Shown in pieces: positions 51,401 to 64,000 of a stretch of 64,000 nucleotides of DNA; position 1 is the stretch's first letter; every line of letters starts with the position of its first letter. The stretch comes from Chrysomallon squamiferum (Eukaryota; Animalia; Mollusca), in NCBI GenBank assembly GCA_012295275.1, contig CM022667.1, positions 21,948,001-22,012,000 on the forward strand, given 5' to 3'. Both the position numbers and the translations under genes were made by a program. Below the pieces are notes generated by a model. That model made no database searches. It was not told the DNA's origin and worked only from the letters and a program-made list of their open reading frames with translations.

Positions 51401-54400
51401 AGATACTGCATTCTTTGCAGCTATATTGTTATTTGTGTGCTGGTTATGTTGCTGTTTGGTTTGGTGTAAAAATTGCAGTTAAAAGGGATAAAAGAATCCA
51501 AATAATTATTTTGCTCACATTCTTGGATTCCATTTTGTCTTGTGATATTGAGATTTCACTTGGTGAGGAGGAGATAGGTTAAAGTGTAACTTTGTGATAC
51601 GAGTAATAGTTTAAATACTTGTTCTCTTACATATGATTTATTACTTTCATTTTAAGATATTTTCTGTTAATATAATATGACAATTAAACAGCTTATAAAA
51701 ATGCATGGATGTATATTTTCTCATTTTTATTATTTCATACATAGATTTGTAAAAGAGTGCAATTCAGCAGTGTCTTACTCATGTTTTAGTAATTTGTTTT
51801 ACAATTATTGGTTTTTGGTAATGCAGTAAAAAGGATAAATGGCAAAAGCTGATTTCTAGAAATAAAGTAATTTGAAAGTTTACTAAATGTATTTAGGCCT
51901 TTTTCATGTTTGTCTGTTGATACACTTTAATCATATTTATAACTCCTTTGAACTTGCAAGTCTGTGTGCCTTAATAATAACACTGAGATTTTTAGCAGAT
52001 AACTAGTCATTTTTTCTTTTCATAAAACTTTTTTTTTTTTTTTTTTTTTTTAAATTAATATATTATCTTAAGTGAGTTATTCATATTTTACATTGCTAAA
52101 AAGATGTATATAGACCTAACTAGGAATGATCGAATATTTTGGAGCTCTATCGGGCAGATTTCATTTTAGTACACAGTTACAGGTTTTTGTAATAATGTTT
52201 AAAGATGGGTATGAACTCTAAATTGGATTGTCAGCGTAAATAATGTGGAGAAACTGATTATATTGGTAAGGATATTTTCTTTTATTTTGACAGAAATAAA
52301 TATGGATAATACTAGCAAATGAACTGGAATTTATTAGAAATATATTTCAGAAATATTTTTGTGCTTTTCAGTGTTTCATTCTGTCGTTAACATTTTCAGT
52401 TTTTAAAAATTAATAGTTATGTTATAAATTTTATTTTAAATAAAACCCCAATAAGTGCCGATAGTTATTAATTAATCCATGAAGTACTAAAATTGTTATA
52501 ACTTATGTTGGTTTCAGTATTTTATGGAACTGATCATTCACTGGTTTTATGTTAATGCCAAGCTTTGAAATTAAAGTCAGCAGGTGATTGTGAATGTAAA
52601 ATAAAGATATTTAATTCTTAAGACATATTTGTAGTTTTTATTTGTCCATGCAAGAATGTATGTGATTGATTGTATGTATAATTGTATAAATGTAGGATTA
52701 TAACGAGTAATAGACATATGAAAAAAAAGATATTTAAGAAATGTTATTTATAAAAATTATATTGGATTTAAATAATAATAATAATTGATAAATACATAGT
52801 AAATAAATTTTTTTTTTTTTTAGAAATAGTGTTATGAAAATTCTGTTTCTTGATAAACTTCTCAACTGAAAAACAAGGACAAATTGTTTAAATCAAAAGT
52901 TGTATGTACTTAAACATTAAATAATAAAATTGAAGAATGTTAGTTTTCTTGAAATGAACTTTTGCCATTAGTTGATTTTTATAAATATGTAGAATAAAGT
53001 AATAATAAGAAAAGATTAATGGAAACAACATTTAAAATGAGTTGCCAAAGGTTTCGGTACTGACCCCTTAAGGTCAGTCGCTACTTTCAAAGGGTAGATA
53101 AAAACTAAAAGGTTGTTAGGGAGTCAGAGATAAAGTAATTTTTAGGAAGATTTTATTTATTTATATATTTATTCATCTTTTATTTATTGTATGTTGTGAA
53201 AAAAAAAATCATATTCCAAAATTTGTGTAAGTGTGCTACCTTTTATTTTTGCTTTCCCCCGCTTAGTACAGTTGAAGCTAACACATTTCTAATTAAGAAT
53301 GAAAATATGCTGAACTTGGAATATAGTGGAGACTTAAAATTAAAGATTACAAATCATCAGTATAATTATGTCATGTTACTTGATTAATTGTAAATTTTAA
53401 TTTTGAATACAGTTTATGCAATATAATCATTATTATTAAAACAAAAAACAAAAAATTCATAAAATAGATATTTCTAATTCAGAACTCAAACTGTATATTT
53501 TTAAATGTTATAGAAATATTTGTGTTTCCACTATGTTAAACATGTTTTAACTGAGTGCAAAAATGCACCAGTGTATATGTCTGTGTGCATGTGTATGTTG
53601 ACAAGTTTTTGTGTTCCTGATTCATTTTTAATTTATGAATATTTGCTAAGAAAAAAGTCATTTCAGACTATGCTGACATATTTCATTACGGTTGTAGTAC
53701 ATAGACGATCGATTTCAATAGAAGAAAATTATATAAGAATTTCTTAAACTTTAATTAAGCAAATAATTTCAGTGAACAAATATATATATGGGTTTTTTTT
53801 TTACATACATTCACATACATACATACACATAAACTTCTACAAAATACAAGTTGTAATGTAAAATAAAAGTTAGCTGTAAAACTGTAGGAATCAAAAAAAA
53901 AAATATATATATATATGTGTATATATATACATCTGGAATATACATTAGCAAAGTCTAATTTGAGTTTGCTATTTGTAGTCTGCCTGATATACTATCAGTG
54001 TTTCATGTCTGAAAACCAGACCACCATTACAGCGCTAGTGTGATCAAATATTTTCAAAAAATTATTAACATGTAACATAATATGGTTCATGTTTATATCA
54101 AAATAATACAATAAAACTAACAATACAAAATACTTGAAAAATGAAAATATTTATTTTTAATATAAAATTTGCTCCATATATACAAAACCTAAAATGTGAA
54201 AAATATTCACATAAAAAAAAGAAGTAAAAAGGAAAATGTCTATTGATTCTCTAAATTCCTATATAACTTTGTGTTGTGTCTCAGAATGATTTATTTTTCA
54301 CAGAAGTAAATTTAGAAAACAGTTTGCTAAAATTTCTCTTCTTTGTTCATTTCTTTTCTTTTTCTTTTTTTTATTCTTTGTGTTCTTAATTTCGGTTGTT

Positions 54401-57400
54401 GGTTGTTTCTTGTTTTGTTTTTTTCTTTTTTTTCATTTTGTCTGCTGTATTGTGAAACTGACTCACATTTTCAAGTACTTCAAGTCTGACTTGTAGTATT
54501 TAAAATAGAGTATCTAAACTAATTTTTTCTTAACACTGATTATGATTACTAATAAATGAAGACAAGAAAAAGGAAATGTTGCCATAGGCTATTGTTATTA
54601 CTTAATACCAAGGAATAGGTACCATTTTGTTGATCTTACATAATTTTTAAATAAGAAAATCAGTTTTGTTATATAAACAAAATAACAACAATAATAAAAT
54701 TCGAAAAACAATAAATATCATAACTGATAATTAAATTCTTTTCCTTTTCTTTTTTCCTCTCTTGTCCTCTATGATAAATGATGAAATGAAATGATGAAAC
54801 TTTCGTGAACTAACTCTAGACAGTATAAATAAGTGACAGAGATTTTGAATATTGATTTAGCTGTTTTATTCATTTATAACATTGATACGTAATAGAAAAC
54901 ATTGTTGTTTAAATCTTATTAACCAAAAAAATAAAATAAAATAAAACAAAAATAAAATAAAATAAATAAATAGAGTGTGTGTGTGTATATATATTGTATA
55001 ATAATTAAAATTAAAATGGAAATAATAATTATTATTATGATAATGTTTGATAATTTATGCATATTTGGCTAATCTATTCAGTCATGATATTTCCTGTTTA
55101 GGGAAAGGTAAATCAGATCGCGTTGTATCGTTGAATATATGAGATTGTTATCTTAAAACCAAGGAGTGGCTCTTTTAGGCGTTTTTTTAAAGATAAACAG
55201 GATCAAACGGGTGAAGTCGCTGGTTTACACGAACATAGACTATATTGATTTGCTAAGTTGTTTTTGTGGCAATTTAATAAATGTATTTGTGTGCAGAAAA
55301 CAAGGACTTTTTCATCAGTAGAAAGTAGAAGGAAAATGACATCCGGATTTAAAATAACTTAATGGACTTTTTTCTTTCTTTTATTTTCTTTCATTTTCTT
55401 TCATTATTATTGTTGTTATTATTTAATATTTCAGTATATATACACTCGTTAATAGAAAACATGCATTTTCCACGCATTGCAGAATTAAATGCATTTATAA
55501 GTGAACTGATAACAAAATCCTTTTCTCAACAAGAATGTTTGCGTTTAAAACCAAGGCTTTCGTCAAAACAACAGATAGATTTTCCTTTGTAACAAAACAA
55601 ACAGGAGTTAGTCTACAAAAAATGGGTGGCCTATTTCCAAAATAGCTCTGTGCATATTCATTTTTTATCACATTCTACTATTGAAACAACTATTGAAATA
55701 AAAAATTGCAACTGAAGAATTATCTAAGTAAATAAAATCAATTACCAATTAGTCTTTGGTGCCAATCTGGTGAATTATTAATATTAACGTTATTTTTGTA
55801 ATCAGTTCTAAGCATGTTTTTATTCATTTAATAATAATAATAATGACGATAACGATAATAAATAATAATAATAATAATAACAAAGAACATCATTAAGATT
55901 AAAAGACAATAAGGAAAAAAACACGCAGCAGCACTAGTTATCAGTGTTTAAATACTTTGAAAGGTGAAATTTCTATCAACAGTAAATGTTTCAAAAAAAT
56001 AAAAATTAAAAAAATAAATAAAAGGGGCGAAGGAATAAAAAGAAAAAATGCAACCCAACCCAAAACTGTTTATATCAAGTTTATAATAGTCCACATTCCA
56101 AAAAGCAGTGTGCTTAGTTGCGGTTCGTAAGTTTTTATCTGGACCGTCTGAGTGTAATAGCTGTTCTGATTGTCGTTGAACTTTGTCTGGTAACTAAATG
56201 CTGCATCAGGCTGAGGGTTAACAAGTAAAATAAACGGGCTGAATTATGTTCAAGAGTCTCATCAGTAATCGTCCGAAGAACTGGTAACTCATTAAACAGA
56301 CAGCTTGATTAGAGGACATATATTTGTGAAACCAGTTATTTCATGAAATGACTGAAAATGATTGTTTTCTGTTACACAAAATGCATGAATGTGGATCAGA
56401 CAACCTATGTAATATGCTTATTGACAACATGCATGTAATGCTAATTTTTTCATATTTTACCATTACTTATATTATTTTATTTTCCTGATATTTTCGACAG
56501 TTAAGACAAATTCAGTTTATTGTTATTAATTTCTTCTCTCATAAAAATATATATATTTGATCTTAGCTTGCTTAACAAAAGTCAAAACTCAATCTTTCTT
56601 TGCCTGATATTTTACTTTCTTTACACGAGGAACGTGCACGCTGGAAAGATAGGCTGATCACGGTAAATCGTTTTGAACGGTTAAACCAAACTCAGTTCAT
56701 TGTTACCAACAATTCCTAAATGCAGTGTGCTCATTTCATATCTTCTCATCTGCTCCACATCCCATTTGTCAAACACCTTATAACAACAGATGATGCCTGA
56801 GTGAACTGCTAAACGTACTGGACTGCTGAATTATACCCACTGCCATTCCATCTAAGAATAACTGATTGTAAATATAATTTTATATTAAAAAAGTAATGAC
56901 TCACACAAAGTTATTCATAGCTACAGTTAGTTTTGACCGACATGTTAGACTTCCTGCCACTGATGAAACCTATCAATATCTATCTGTATAATTCCAGATT
57001 GTTATTTCTTACAGGTTTTGTTCTCACTGTTTCAGTTATTCTTACTTAGGATGGCAATGGGCATATTTCAGTACTAGAGTATGTGCCAAGGCACACAAGA
57101 TCACAAAATCATAATTTCCATTCGATTTCATGCCAGTCTACAGAATGATCTCGGCTGTATCGTAAATATAATCATTTTTTGTTTGTCAATCGTCATGAAT
57201 TTATCTTAATGACGAGTGTGGTTTTCTTTTTTACAGTGAATATTAATGTTACGAATGTTTCGAATTTCTGTAATTAAATCGAATGTACACAATTTAATGA
57301 ATTATTTCAATTTAAATGCAATATGTTTGGAAAAGTTATTTTTGCTCTTCGTTAATACAAATGCCGGATAATTTAACCGGCAAACTAGGGCATATAGGTT

Positions 57401-57930
57401 CTGGGTTTGTCATTATATATTTGACATTTATTTTTCAAATTTAACTAAAGTATTTTCCCATTATCGGCAAAACAATATTTAAGCAAAAAAGAAACAAACT
57501 ATTAATAAAACAGAAATCTGTCAAAGAACCTTCCCTGTATTATATTCATCTGTAACGACTGAAACATGCCAGTATTATCATATTTTTTAAATATAATTTT
57601 TTATTTTTTATTTCCATTGTCGTAGATGACGACGTCAAAGCATTCCCCTAGCCACAGGCTTCAATTACAACGCATTATTTTAAGATAGCTCTATGTATAT
57701 TATTCGTTTTATATTCACATAAAAATGTAAACACAGTAAACAATAAAGATTTTAAATGTTTGAATATAATTTGATGTAAAAAAGGTTTTGTACATTTAGC
57801 TAGAGTGAATTCTAGAGGTACAAATTATAAGAGTTAAATTAAATGTACTTTCTCTTAGTGAGCAAAATAGTAAAAGCATAAAGTTTTTAGAATCATTTTA
57901 CTTTCTTAAACTTTTATCCTTTACATTTAA

Positions 57931-57961
<31 letters not shown>

Positions 57962-59988
57962 TTATTGTTTATATAACTGATATAAAAATAGCAAACATTT
58001 CAAATTGTACCTCCTTCCAAATAAAAATAACAAAAAGAAATACATTGTTTTCAAAATTAACAGTAATCAGAAGTGATATTTAATTTCCACTGAATAAATA
58101 AATAAATGTCGCCCCTTGACATTTCTGGGTTCATCAGTGAAGATATATACACGAGGTTTGCAGGAAGCGTGAAGAACGTCTAGAAACACATGACATGTCT
58201 TTCAAACTGAGGCCGAGTAATTTATAAATGGTTAGAGATAAACCAGGAAGAAGCTTTACTTGATAAGTTCACGTCTGTTAATGATATTCGCGTACCAAGG
58301 CTGAGTATGCAAAGACCACATCTTCAGCAAGTTAATTAAAATCCTAATGGAACCGTTTTTTGCTGATTCCAAACCAGTAAATATAAAGGTAAAGTGATTC
58401 AAATAAACATTTTAAAAGAAACTATTTCATATGTAATATATCACGGTTTGCGAGTACGTAACTGCATGCACCACAGTAATCAATCCTTAGACTGTCCTCA
58501 AGTTCATGCATAATTTGTGATAAATTGTGCAAGAAGAGACGATTTATCTCGGAAGTTCAGTCAATATCAAACAACCCGGGTAGCCGTGGAAACAAGACAT
58601 TACTATAGCAGCTGAAGAGTTATTCTCAATGTGCTTGCATTTCCACGTACCTACAATCCAGCAGGCCCCGTTGAGCCATCATTCCAGTTATTATATTATA
58701 TTTATGGGACGTGATTTCGAACCGCTGAAGGGAATGTGCATGATACTAATGTAATATTCTTTTTCTTCTGAAATATAGGTACACTGATGATTAAGATTTG
58801 AATAGAAATTATATCTTGTTTTTTTCTTTCTATCTTTATTTGTCTTTCACGTTTTATTATTATTTATTTATTATTATTGCTATTCATTAATTAGATTATA
58901 ACAATTTCTCAAAAATTAACTGAACTAATACTGTTAAAATAATATATATATAAATATATGAACTGAGAAACAACAAAAAATAATTGAAAACAACTAGTAT
59001 TAAATTTTAAAACATTCCTCAGTTGCATATGTACATTACATCGAAAACCACACAAAAATGTTATAACTATACACTACAAGCCAGTTACTGTTATGCACAG
59101 CGTAGACAGCGAACGTTCGAACTGAATCTTTTATTTAACTGTACATGCAGTTCTGTTAGGAAATGCAGTTCTTTAATTCCTTTATTCATTTGTTTTATTG
59201 ATTTATTTTAAACTACGCATGATCCCTTTGTTCTTAACGAAGTAAATACTGGCTTAATAATAGAACGAAGCTTGCACGTGTGACTAGTTAGAAATGGCCT
59301 AGTGCTCTTAGTAACCTAATTCCGGTTTCTATTACAAGCATTTACGTTTTGAAGATACTTATCGTAGCAGAAACTTTCTTTGTTAATGTGGATTTTGTTA
59401 AACAAATGGGAACAACAACAAAAAAAAAATATATATATATATATATATATTAAATTCTCTCTCGATAAACTACTTGAAACGCTGTTACGAATGAAAAACT
59501 ATATCAAAATGGAGCATCGCGGAGAACTTAAGGCCAAACCTACCTCACCTTGACCTTCAACCATCGCTTATTATAATAAAGTAAAACGTCTACAATATAT
59601 TTTAAAATAACTTAATTTACTTTCCTTTTGTCTTATTATTTATTTATTTATTTATTTATTATTATTATTATTATTATTTTTTTTTTTTTTTTTTTTTTTT
59701 TTTTGGTTGTTGTTTCAATTTTACGTTTATTACAATATATGAATTTGTCATTTCAGTGTAATTCCACGGAATACAAGATACCAGTCTTTGACATGACATG
59801 CCCTACATCAATGGATTCACTTGGTGACATTTCATAGTTACTGTCTTCTCTCACAACCTTTCCCTGATCAGCCCAAATAAAAAACCATTCCAGAAAACAG
59901 CTACGTCAGCACATCTTACTGCATGTTATATTCACATCTGCCACAAACACTTCTTACACCAGTTCTGACACTTTTTGAACGAGTCTTC

Positions 59989-60182
59989 GTCTCCCAGACA
60001 TTCCAGCCAAGTTGTGTTGTGTTGATTCACTATGGATAGCATCATTAGTCATTTCATAAAAAAACAACCGTGGAATTCGACTCAATACGTGTGTAGCTAG
60101 TGGAAACAAACCGAAAGAGATTTCTTTAAGAAGCAAATTAAAAAATATCTGAACGGAAAATTTATTTTTAATTAATTAATTA

Positions 60183-60218
<36 letters not shown>
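59989..60218 (+). mobile_element. Retroelement 3' end (L2/CR1-like LINE tail or derived SINE), copy A, with (TAA)n tail
   Basis: Translates as WNS...(one stop)...FKKQIKKYL, resembling a LINE ORF2 C-terminus, followed by (TAA)n. Near-identical to the reverse complement of 62048-62248. Confidence 0.5.
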
Positions 60219-60219
<1 letters not shown>

Positions 60220-60274
60220 TAAACAGGCACTTTTAACCATAAAATGTGGGGAAAAGGAAAAAGAAACAAAACAA

Positions 60275-60307
<33 letters not shown>

Positions 60308-62047
60308 ATAATAACAAAAAAACAACGATTTTTTTTAATAAATTCAAGAAAATAATTATTTAAAAACTGAAGAAAACAGATATTATAAAATAGGAAATAA
60401 ATGTTGAGGACACAGTGATATTTTAAAGCAGTATTCATAGTTAATGTTTATTTTTGAATTCTGTACAAATAATCAGGAGACTGTATTTTTATAATAATCA
60501 CTACATCTTGTTTGTTTTGTTTGTTATTGTTGATATTTTATGTAAATAAACAACAGCAAATAAACTGATCTAAAATGAATTTGTCTTTATCCCGATGAAA
60601 TTTTAAAATGTATTAACTTGCGGTTTTCAAAAAGGAGAGGAGGGGTTAGTTGTGCCACATTTCTTATGTATATAGGAGAACAAAGGTGCTCTGATAAAAA
60701 GTATGAATTTGAATGTCTAAAGTCGATCTTAGGGGATAAGTTTGCCAGTTTCCTTTGAACTCAATGTTTAGATTTTCCTGAAATCATATGTGGTGCATGA
60801 TAACGATTATAGATAGCTATTATTATATCTTGTTGTTTTTAACATTATCTCTATCTGTAAAGATCCACTGACCTGAATGATCAACACGGTATAAGTTGTG
60901 CCAGTGATGATGAGATAAGTTGAGCTATGGCACAACTTACTCCACTCTAGTTATGCAAACCGAGTTTGCAGCACTTTATGAGTGTTGTTGTAACTAATAA
61001 CATTGGAAATATAATTAACAAGGAGCTAGTTTATTTTTATTTATACATTCTGGTGAAAAATCAAGTTAACTACGTCTGTTCATCATGACATATGTTTCTG
61101 ATCCTTTTTACATTGCTAGTCGCCAACAGCCCCTAAGTCGGGATGTTTACAGCCCCTTTAATCATGTTTCCAACACAGCTATGGATGCCTGGATGCGCTC
61201 ATATTCAGGAGAAATCGTATCTACCGACGATATTCTGGCTATGATTCCGAGAAATATATTTTCGGGATTCCCTTTTAACAGAGACCTTGTTCACGTACCT
61301 TGACTTCGCTCCAGCAGAAGCAACTGATCGGAAGATAAAGGCAGACCAAAAGGTGAAAGTATAACACATAACGACTGTGACGGCAAGGCTGTCGATCATC
61401 AATTCAGGAACAACAGAATGATTTCTGTAGGGACATTTGTCTTTTTTCTCCCTCTTTCTTACGTCAACTTCAACTGCAGGTGTTAACCTTGACAAATCAT
61501 CATCCTCTCACCCTAGTTCTCATTATGTGTATATGGCACCATCAGCTATTCTATCCTTCCAAAGGCCGAAGAAAAAGTTTTTAAAAAGACTACCATGAAA
61601 CTAAGAAAGGATGGTCCAGGACCATGGCTGTCACTCCTATTCAAGATCCATTGCTGCTGCAGCCTTGGAACAACGCCAAACGAAAAAGGTCGAGCCTACC
61701 AGTTTTATTGCGATCCAGAATCAGTTGAATATGATGATGCATTTACCGATGACCACAGAGGTCAAGATAAATGAAGGGGATTTTGTTGTGGTCATAATTG
61801 AAGGAAAGTCAAGCAGTAAGCTAGGGTTGACATTGTAGATGATGATGAATTTGATTCTGTGTTCTTACAGAAGGTGGCTAGCAATGTCAATACTGAAAAT
61901 GTTTCGATTTTTCCAAATTCACAGGACCAAGTCTTCTTCAACAGGGATGATATCATCCATAAACTTCCCAAACCAAAGAGTGCTGAGAATCTACATGATG
62001 ATCCTGCTAATGTGTATTCAAATGCAATCTTAGAAAAATGGTATTTC

Positions 62048-62248
62048 TATTATTATTATTATTAATTAAAAATAAATTTTCAGTTCAGATATTTTTTAAT
62101 TTGCTTCTTAAAGAAATCTCTTTCGGTTTGTTTCCACTAGCTACACACGTATTGAGTCGAATTCCACGGTTGTTTTTTTATGAAATGACTAATGATGTTA
62201 TCCATAATGAATCAACATAATACAACTTGGCTTGAATGTCTGGGAGAC
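62048..62248 (-). mobile_element. Retroelement 3' end, copy B (inverted relative to copy A), nested in the pogo-like remnant
   Basis: The reverse complement matches 59989-~60175 with about 6 mismatches in ~185 nt, plus the (TAA)n tail. Confidence 0.55.
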
Positions 62249-62271
62249 TGACCTATCGCACATGTAGGCTG

Positions 62272-62273
<2 letters not shown>

Positions 62274-62312
<39 letters not shown>
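62274..62312. repeat. (CA)n microsatellite
   Basis: Direct reading. Confidence 0.95.
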
Positions 62313-62316
<4 letters not shown>

Positions 62317-64000
62317 TGTATATATGTATCAGATTAGTTTACTAGAAAAACGTAATGACATTAGTTTGTAGATTAGACATAGAATACATGTAGAATCATA
62401 TCAATCATGTGTTTAAATGTATCTCTTTACTTCAAAACGTTTCCATTGCAGATTCAGAAATATTAGAAAATTTAGGGCCAACATTATAGAATAGCATGTG
62501 TGAAAATATTTTAGAATAGTCTATAATCATTCATACATGTCCATATACATGGTCGTTTCTGGTGTGATTAATATAATTTTTATATCAGTCTTGATGAAAG
62601 TTATAGCTGAATGGTAAGCGTGGGGTTTTTTTAATATTAGATTTTGATATAATCAGGGAAAATTGATGAAAATGTTCTTATTATGCAATAAACAAATGTG
62701 TTATAAACAAATTGCGTGTTACTGCCATTTCCACTAACTTATACATTTTACCCCAAACTGGCACAGCTTGTCATCCCTTCATCACATCATTATGAGATGT
62801 TAATATTGCCGATATGTATGACGAAGATCTTGCTCTCTTAGGCTCACTATTCATTTTTGTGGAGATGTTGATGCCTTAGTCTCCAGACCAACTTAACTGG
62901 AAAATGGCACAATTTAGTCCCCTCTTTAATCAGCATTCAGACAACATGTCTCCGAAAAACAAAGCATTATGTAAATTTCGACAGCGATAAAATCTATGTG
63001 CGATCGCTTTGACAGATACTTGTTACGTTTAACGGCTGTAAATAGTGCAGATCGATCATTTTTGTTTTCTTTATAATGAAATTAATTTCGTTTTGAAAGT
63101 TGAACTTTGTCTCAACACTAGAAACTCCTCTTTATGAAACCATGGATCTTTGAGAGAACTTTACAATGAACAAGTTCCACGCCGTCTAAAGTCACTGTCG
63201 TTCATGTGATGATGTTGGTTTTCAGTTAGAATTAATGTTATGTTAATTGTTTATTTAATTAAATTTGCTGATATTCTGACAGTGTTTATTATTTTCTTAT
63301 ATAAACTTCTTTCCTGTCTTTTTTTTCTCTTTCAATTATTTCTTGTTTTTTTCTTTTATTTTGTGTATAAATTTCATTATTTGATCGTAGTTATTTTGCA
63401 TGAATTAACATGCTTTTAAAGAAATAAATGAGGTTTTAAAATTTAAACTATACGTCTTTAAACCAAAAATCCTAAAATGTTAATGAAACTTTAAACGTTA
63501 AATGATGTAAATGATTTGATATTTTCAAAAGACTAACACTGAACATGCACAAACCTTCACGCAGAATAACGTATTTAATTTAAAAAAAAATATAAAAAAA
63601 TAAATAAATAAAAAATAAAAAAATAAATAAATAAATAATTGTAATAACGAACACTATGGAAACTTTATTCTATTTTTGTCATTGTTCGTCAATCTATTCT
63701 TAACGCAAAGAGAATATCTGAGGACCAACAAAGAAAGAAATTAACAAAAAAGAAACGAATGAAATAAATTTTAATTAAATGTTAAATTAAATTAAACAGC
63801 GTACACTGTCGAGCGACAATGAAAGTGGTTGCCATGGATGTAAGATAAACAAACTCATTGCTGTATGGAAAACTGTCTTTGTGTGTATGTCCCGCAGGCC
63901 GAATTTTATTAATTAAGTTGTTGTTAATTAACTGCTAAATATTATCCGCAAAAACTAAAACTACTAATAAAAAATAAAAAATAAATAAGATATATGCAAA

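Larger units (their letters stand above)
60634..62925 (+). mobile_element. Decayed pogo/Tigger-like (DDE_1) DNA transposon
   Basis: ORF 61085-61303 (QPLSRDVYSPF..NTAMDAWMRS..G..VS..DI..IPRNIFSGFPFNRD) matches the LQPLD..V.GPFK..W..PG..TP.NI.SGF..G.FP region of DDE_1 transposases. C-terminal remnant EGDFVVV (61611-61838). Repeated sub-terminal motifs GG..AGTTGTGCCA at 60642, 60732 and 60888, with inverted TGGCACAA at 60928, ~62759 and 62905. Confidence 0.65.

Noticed and set aside
53045-53095. Possible hammerhead ribozyme / Penelope end around hairpin ACTGACC-CCTTAA-GGTCAGT with GAAA on the minus strand
   Set aside because: The CTGANGA core is missing, leaving only a 7-bp stem.
58118-58140. 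Minus-strand CTGATGA-ACCCA-GAAA, hammerhead-like
   Set aside because: No stem II pairing and no convincing stems I or III.
59660-60320. Inverted poly-T/poly-A blocks with GTT/AAC flanks
   Set aside because: Low-complexity sequence that is common throughout the window, so the match is not significant.
1-64000. CRISPR arrays, tRNA/rRNA genes, prokaryotic operons
   Set aside because: None seen. The sequence is intron-containing eukaryotic DNA, and its repeats are microsatellites, duplications and TE remnants.

Overview
AT-rich, microsatellite-rich eukaryotic DNA from an invertebrate (probably a lophotrochozoan such as a mollusc; inferred). I reconstructed five intact multi-exon genes by hand with GT-AG junctions and consistent reading phase: an interferon regulatory factor (+, 10 exons, ~442 aa), the mitochondrial Obg GTPase MTG2 (-, 6 exons, ~388 aa), plasmanylethanolamine desaturase PEDS1/TMEM189 (+, 5 exons, ~284 aa), a ~1979-aa protein with ~32 C2H2 zinc fingers (-, one ~5-kb exon), and SS18 (+, 7 exons, ~456 aa). 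Mobile DNA comprises a long-TIR Sola-like element in an MTG2 intron, a hAT-type MITE in an IRF intron, a decayed pogo-like element and two inverted LINE-like 3' ends. The most notable observation is the IRF. It carries an IRF3/5/6-like C-terminal pLxIS motif with matching basic pocket residues, has a non-canonical DNA-recognition helix, and has a kappaB site upstream. Other points of interest are the MTG2-PEDS1-SS18 linkage that mirrors human 20q13 and an unusual repeated extended zinc-finger module. No prokaryotic systems, CRISPR arrays, tRNAs or rRNAs were seen.
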